From NCBI GenBank assembly GCA_963675595.2, contig CAXXLZ010000001.1, positions 768,001 through 832,000 of the forward strand: a DNA stretch of 64,000 nucleotides, given 5' to 3'. The DNA comes from Thermodesulfobacteriota bacterium (GTDB taxonomy: Bacteria > Desulfobacterota > Desulfarculia > JACQYL01). Below, piece by piece: positions 60,128-64,000 of this stretch (positions within the stretch are counted from its first letter, which is position 1; each line of letters opens with the position of its first letter). The translations under genes were made by a program, and so were the position numbers. The notes beneath the pieces are model-generated. The model saw only the letters and a list, made by a program, of their open reading frames with translations, was not told where the DNA came from and made no database searches.

Positions 60128-60906
60128 CCCGACTCCTCGAGAAAATGAAGATGGAGCACCTTCTGATGCAGATCGACGCCGTATGTGAGCAGGCGTCCAA
60201 GAAGGACCTCCCTTACCGGGAGTTTCTCACCGAAGCTCTTCAGACCGAGTGGAGGGGTCGACGCACCAAGGCCGTGGAAGCCCGGCTCAAGATGGCGCGG
60301 TTTCCCTGGGTGAAGACCCTCGATCAATTTGATTTTCTCTTCCAACCAAGCATTGATCGGAAGGTGATTCGCGAACTCGGCGGACTCTCCTTCGTGGATC
60401 GGGCGGAAAACGTCATCTTGTTGGGTCCTCCCGGAGTGGGCAAGACCCACCTGGCCATCGCCCTCGGGGTCAAGGCCGTTGAGGCCGGCTATCGGGTCCT
60501 GTTCCTCACGCTGGAATCCATGCTGACCCGATTGAGCCGGGCCAGGATGGAGAACCGTGCGGAGAGGCAACTCCAGCAGTTCGTCTATCCCAAGCTGCTC
60601 ATCATCGACGAAATGGGATATCTGCCCATGAGCCGGGACGAGGCGGGGCTTTTCTTCCGGCTCCTCACCAGAAGATATGAGAGGGCCTCCCTGATCGTCA
60701 CGTCCAACAAGAGCTTCGTGGACTGGGGAGAAATCTTCAACGATCAAGTCCTGGCCACGGCCATCCTGGACCGGCTTCTGCATCACTGCACCACCCTCAA
60801 CATCAAGGGGGAAAGCTACAGACTCAAGGAGAAGCGCAAAGCGGGCCTCGTGGGTTCCACACACGGCGCCGACATCACGGAAGCTCAAACCTCCGACGCG
60901 GCTTAG
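60118..60906 (+). CDS. istB: IS21 helper ATPase
   Basis: Walker A GPPGVGKTH, Walker B LIIDEMG, AILDRLLHH, GESYR. Confidence 0.95.
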   Translation: MELARLLEKMKMEHLLMQIDAVCEQASKKDLPYREFLTEALQTEWRGRRTKAVEARLKMARFPWVKTLDQFDFLFQPSIDRKVIRELGGLSFVDRAENVILLGPPGVGKTHLAIALGVKAVEAGYRVLFLTLESMLTRLSRARMENRAERQLQQFVYPKLLIIDEMGYLPMSRDEAGLFFRLLTRRYERASLIVTSNKSFVDWGEIFNDQVLATAILDRLLHHCTTLNIKGESYRLKEKRKAGLVGSTHGADITEAQTSDAA

Positions 60907-61241
60907 CCGCATGGCGAGTAACCGACTCGCGGAAGGCGCGAAGCCGCAATGTCGGGCGAGCGGGAGAAGCGGCACCCCATAAGTGCCGCGCCGCTCGCGC
61001 AGAGACATTGCCGGCGGAAGCGCCGGGCGGTTCCCCGCTCTCAATGCCCGGCGAAGCAACCGCCATCCCGAGTCGTCGGACCCATATCAACCCAATGAAA
61101 CCGTTGTTTAGTGGACATTTTATCCCGGCGTTTTGTGGACAAAATCAGGTGGCCTTGACAAAGGCTCCGGTCGAAGGTGCGGGGTAACTTTTTTCAGAGG
61201 GTTGCCCCGCATGCTGCATGAATGAAAGCAGCAGACTATGT

Positions 61242-63221
61242 CTATTGATTTCTCAGCCACGTCTGAAACATTAAAATGCCCCACAATCGATAGCCCCAGT
61301 TTCTCTGCCCCGTAGCGTGTTCGGACCAGAGATTACGAACCTCATCTACCCTGAGATAGCCCTCACGTCTTAAATTCGATTCATCCAGCAAATCTTCAAC
61401 CCAATCACGCAATGGGCCCCGAAGCCATGAATGGATTGGAATTCCGAACCCTTGTTTGGGGCGATCTACCATATGGCGAGGAAGGTGACGAAGAAGTATG
61501 TTTCTCAGGATGATCTTGCCTTGACCATTGAAAATCTTTGCCTCCAGCGGCAGCTGCCAAGCCAGTCGGATGATACGTGGGTCTAGAAGAGGAATTCTGC
61601 CCTCCAGGCTGTTCGCCATGCTGGCTCGGTCCACTTTGACCAAGATGTCGTCAGGTAGGTAGCTGATCTGGTCCAGCAGCATCATTACGTTGAAGTCATT
61701 GCTCGTAGGGAGGTCCATGACGGTTGAAAGCGCTGGATTCCCCTTGGATTGAACCGCCCGCACCGCCCCGCGATTGGTCGGCCAATAAGATACGGCACGA
61801 TCATAGAATGACATCAGATCACGAGAAGCCGCAAGGTCCAATCCTTTAAGGCATCGATCTCCCGATATCCAGTTCCGAAATTGAGGAGGGAACAAGAAAC
61901 TCATATGGCGCAATGCGCTATCCAAGAGCCGTGGACGGATTATGGTGCTGAGATCCGCGAACTTTCCCCGAATTGAATAGGGTATCTTCTCGATCAGGGA
62001 CCAGTAACGGTTGGTCAGGACGTACCGATTATAGCCGCAGAAAAGCTCATCTCCTCCGTCTCCGCTTAGTACGACGGTGACGACGCCCCGCGCGAGTTTC
62101 GAAACCAAGTATGTGGGTATCTGAGATGAGTCCGCAAAGGGCTCATCATAAGTCTCTGGAAGGAGAGGGATTATTTCTAGGGCCTCTTTGGAGGTAACAT
62201 AAAGTTCGTTATGCTCCGTGCCCAAATGGGCGGCGATCGCTTTTGCGTTTTCGGCTTCGTTGAAAGCCCGGTCATAGAAGCCGATGGTGAAGGTCTTTAT
62301 CGGCCTTGAAGATTGGTTCTGCATGAGAGCGGCAACAGTACTTGAGTCTATCCCGCCCGAGAGAAACACTCCCACCGGGACGTCGGCGACCATCCGAAGG
62401 CGCACCGAATCAGTCAGGAGTTTCTCCACTTCTTCCTGTGCTTCACGAAGGTCCCCCTGGAAAGGCTGCTCCATTCCACGCCGCATAACCTCCTTCGTAT
62501 TCCAATAAGGAACAGGGGTGGGGTTTCCGGAAGGGCCCGTCGGAAGCTCAAGCATTTCTTGCATGGAGAGCGAAAAGCAGGACCCCGGGTTGAGCTTGTA
62601 TACCCGTTGAAAAATCGAAAGAGGGGCTGGCACATAATTGTAACGAAGGAACAGATTGAGGGAATCCTGATCAATCCTTCCTTCCCAGGAAGGGTGCTTG
62701 CGGAGTGCCTTTAGCTCAGAGGCAAATAGAAAGGTTCCTCTTGACCATCCATAATAAAGAGGTTTCTCCCCTATAGGATCACGCGCGAGGGACAGCACTC
62801 GCTGTTGGCGGTCCCATAGCGCAAAGGCAAACATTCCGTTCACTTCACTGAGTGTCTCCAATAACCCGCAATGGGCTATGGATTCGAGAAGAACTTCCGT
62901 ATCGGAATGCCCTCTCCAAGGGAACGATCCCACCATTTTTTCGAGTTTCTCACGGAGAAACAGGTAGTTGTACACTTCGCCGTTAAAAGAAATTACAAAT
63001 CGGCCACATCGGGAAATCATGGGTTGGTGTCCGGCGGGAGATAGATCAACTATGGACAGTCTCCGGTGGCCGAATGCGATTCCCGCATCTGAGTCCAACC
63101 AGACGTCGGAATCATCCGGTCCTCGATGTATCAGCTGATCCGTCATCGTTGATATAATGGTCCGACGCAATTCAAGGTTCAGCGCAGTTGACTCTGACCA
63201 GAAACCGACTATTCCACACAT
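61242..63221 (-). CDS. asnB: Asparagine synthase-like glutamine amidotransferase (glycan-locus type)
   Basis: MCGIVG, HRGPD, GHRRLSIVD, FNGEVYN, LSGGIDS, SGDGGDE, KVDRASM. Confidence 0.93.
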   Translation of the reverse strand: MCGIVGFWSESTALNLELRRTIISTMTDQLIHRGPDDSDVWLDSDAGIAFGHRRLSIVDLSPAGHQPMISRCGRFVISFNGEVYNYLFLREKLEKMVGSFPWRGHSDTEVLLESIAHCGLLETLSEVNGMFAFALWDRQQRVLSLARDPIGEKPLYYGWSRGTFLFASELKALRKHPSWEGRIDQDSLNLFLRYNYVPAPLSIFQRVYKLNPGSCFSLSMQEMLELPTGPSGNPTPVPYWNTKEVMRRGMEQPFQGDLREAQEEVEKLLTDSVRLRMVADVPVGVFLSGGIDSSTVAALMQNQSSRPIKTFTIGFYDRAFNEAENAKAIAAHLGTEHNELYVTSKEALEIIPLLPETYDEPFADSSQIPTYLVSKLARGVVTVVLSGDGGDELFCGYNRYVLTNRYWSLIEKIPYSIRGKFADLSTIIRPRLLDSALRHMSFLFPPQFRNWISGDRCLKGLDLAASRDLMSFYDRAVSYWPTNRGAVRAVQSKGNPALSTVMDLPTSNDFNVMMLLDQISYLPDDILVKVDRASMANSLEGRIPLLDPRIIRLAWQLPLEAKIFNGQGKIILRNILLRHLPRHMVDRPKQGFGIPIHSWLRGPLRDWVEDLLDESNLRREGYLRVDEVRNLWSEHATGQRNWGYRLWGILMFQTWLRNQ

Positions 63222-64000
63222 AACCCAGTAACATTCGTTAGTTGAAAAGTTATAAATCTTTTTATGAGTACTATGAGCTCACCATAAGTATTAAACGAAA
63301 TGCTTGATTCGATTCCCAAGTGTACTCTTCATAATGAAATAGATAAGTGTTAGGTGACAAAAATTGGCTGCAGAGATTATATAAAAAGTTGCTTAGATTG
63401 AGGCGTCTTCTTATTATAAGACAAGCATTGTTCAGTAAATAGGTACGGAGCATTAACTGATATCGGATCGTAAAGCACAGGGTGTTATAATTGGTTTTCG
63501 GGAAGTTGCTGAGAATACATTAACATGTGGGCTAAAGCATCATAATACTATCCCAGTCGCTCATCTCATTGGAGGGACCGACGTGTGGGTTGACATGTAA
63601 TCCAATGCGAAACCGGCGTACATACACCATAGTGCCACACAGAATCAGGCCACGGTCTCTCAAAAATTCGCCCGTCGGTTGCATACATACTCCCCTGGTG
63701 CCGGAGTCTCTGCTGGACAAAACCCTCGCGCTTGCGCGCAACGATCAGGAGGACCATCTCTCCGTTGGAGACAAAAAGGCAGCTTCCAACTTCCGGCCTA
63801 ACGCAGTTGCTTCTATCACAAGCTTGCCGGATAGGGAACAGATATCTGAATGTGTAGCGTGCATTCCCCGGCTTTTCGAGACGAAACCGCAAATAGTTGT
63901 AACTCCTCTGGAAGGCATCCTGAATCAGGATTCGACTTCCCTCAAGGCATGCGCCCGTGGAATGCCCCCCGATAATTGGTCCATGTATAATGAGAGTCTG

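Larger units (their letters stand above)
58834..61160 (+). mobile_element. IS21-family insertion sequence, apparently intact, with 4-bp target duplication AAGG
   Basis: Ends TGTCA...TGACA. Internal repeats AAACGCCGGAATGAAATGTCC and (reverse complement) AAACGCCGGGATAAAATGTCC. AAGG flanks at 58830-58833 and 61161-61164. Contains istA and istB. Confidence 0.93.

Noticed and set aside
63222-64000. Open frames at the right edge of the window
   Set aside because: No recognisable family; a minus-strand fragment (HYTWTNY) might end an upstream glycosyltransferase but is too short to call.
1-64000. CRISPR arrays, rRNA, tRNA, prophage or defence systems
   Set aside because: None seen by eye; no regularly spaced repeats or hallmark genes.

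Overview
GC-rich bacterial chromosomal segment, most consistent with an anaerobic Desulfobacterota/deltaproteobacterium (inferred from gene content). In order it carries: a serine hydrolase; two solute-binding proteins with a double-kinase two-component system; two large secreted proteases; an SCP2-like gene followed by a fused Fe-alcohol dehydrogenase/aldehyde:ferredoxin oxidoreductase; mntP; an orphan gspC; a long minus-strand block (2-oxoacid dehydrogenase E1a/E1b/E2/E3, an Nqr/Rnf hybrid B-C-D-E-F lacking NqrA/RnfC, a hypothetical protein, threonine dehydratase); a UGA-recoded DsbA/FrnE selenoprotein that the ORF track splits; a PDO-TrxB fusion; a TRAP transporter; assorted enzymes; two PilZ proteins; and a glycan locus interrupted by an intact IS21-family element. 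The best candidate for a new system is the 2-oxoacid dehydrogenase/Nqr-like block: both its E3 and its NqrF-like subunit carry NADP(H)-type fingerprints, suggesting an NADPH-producing dehydrogenase next to an NADPH-linked ion-translocating complex. All calls come from reading motifs by eye; no database searches were run.
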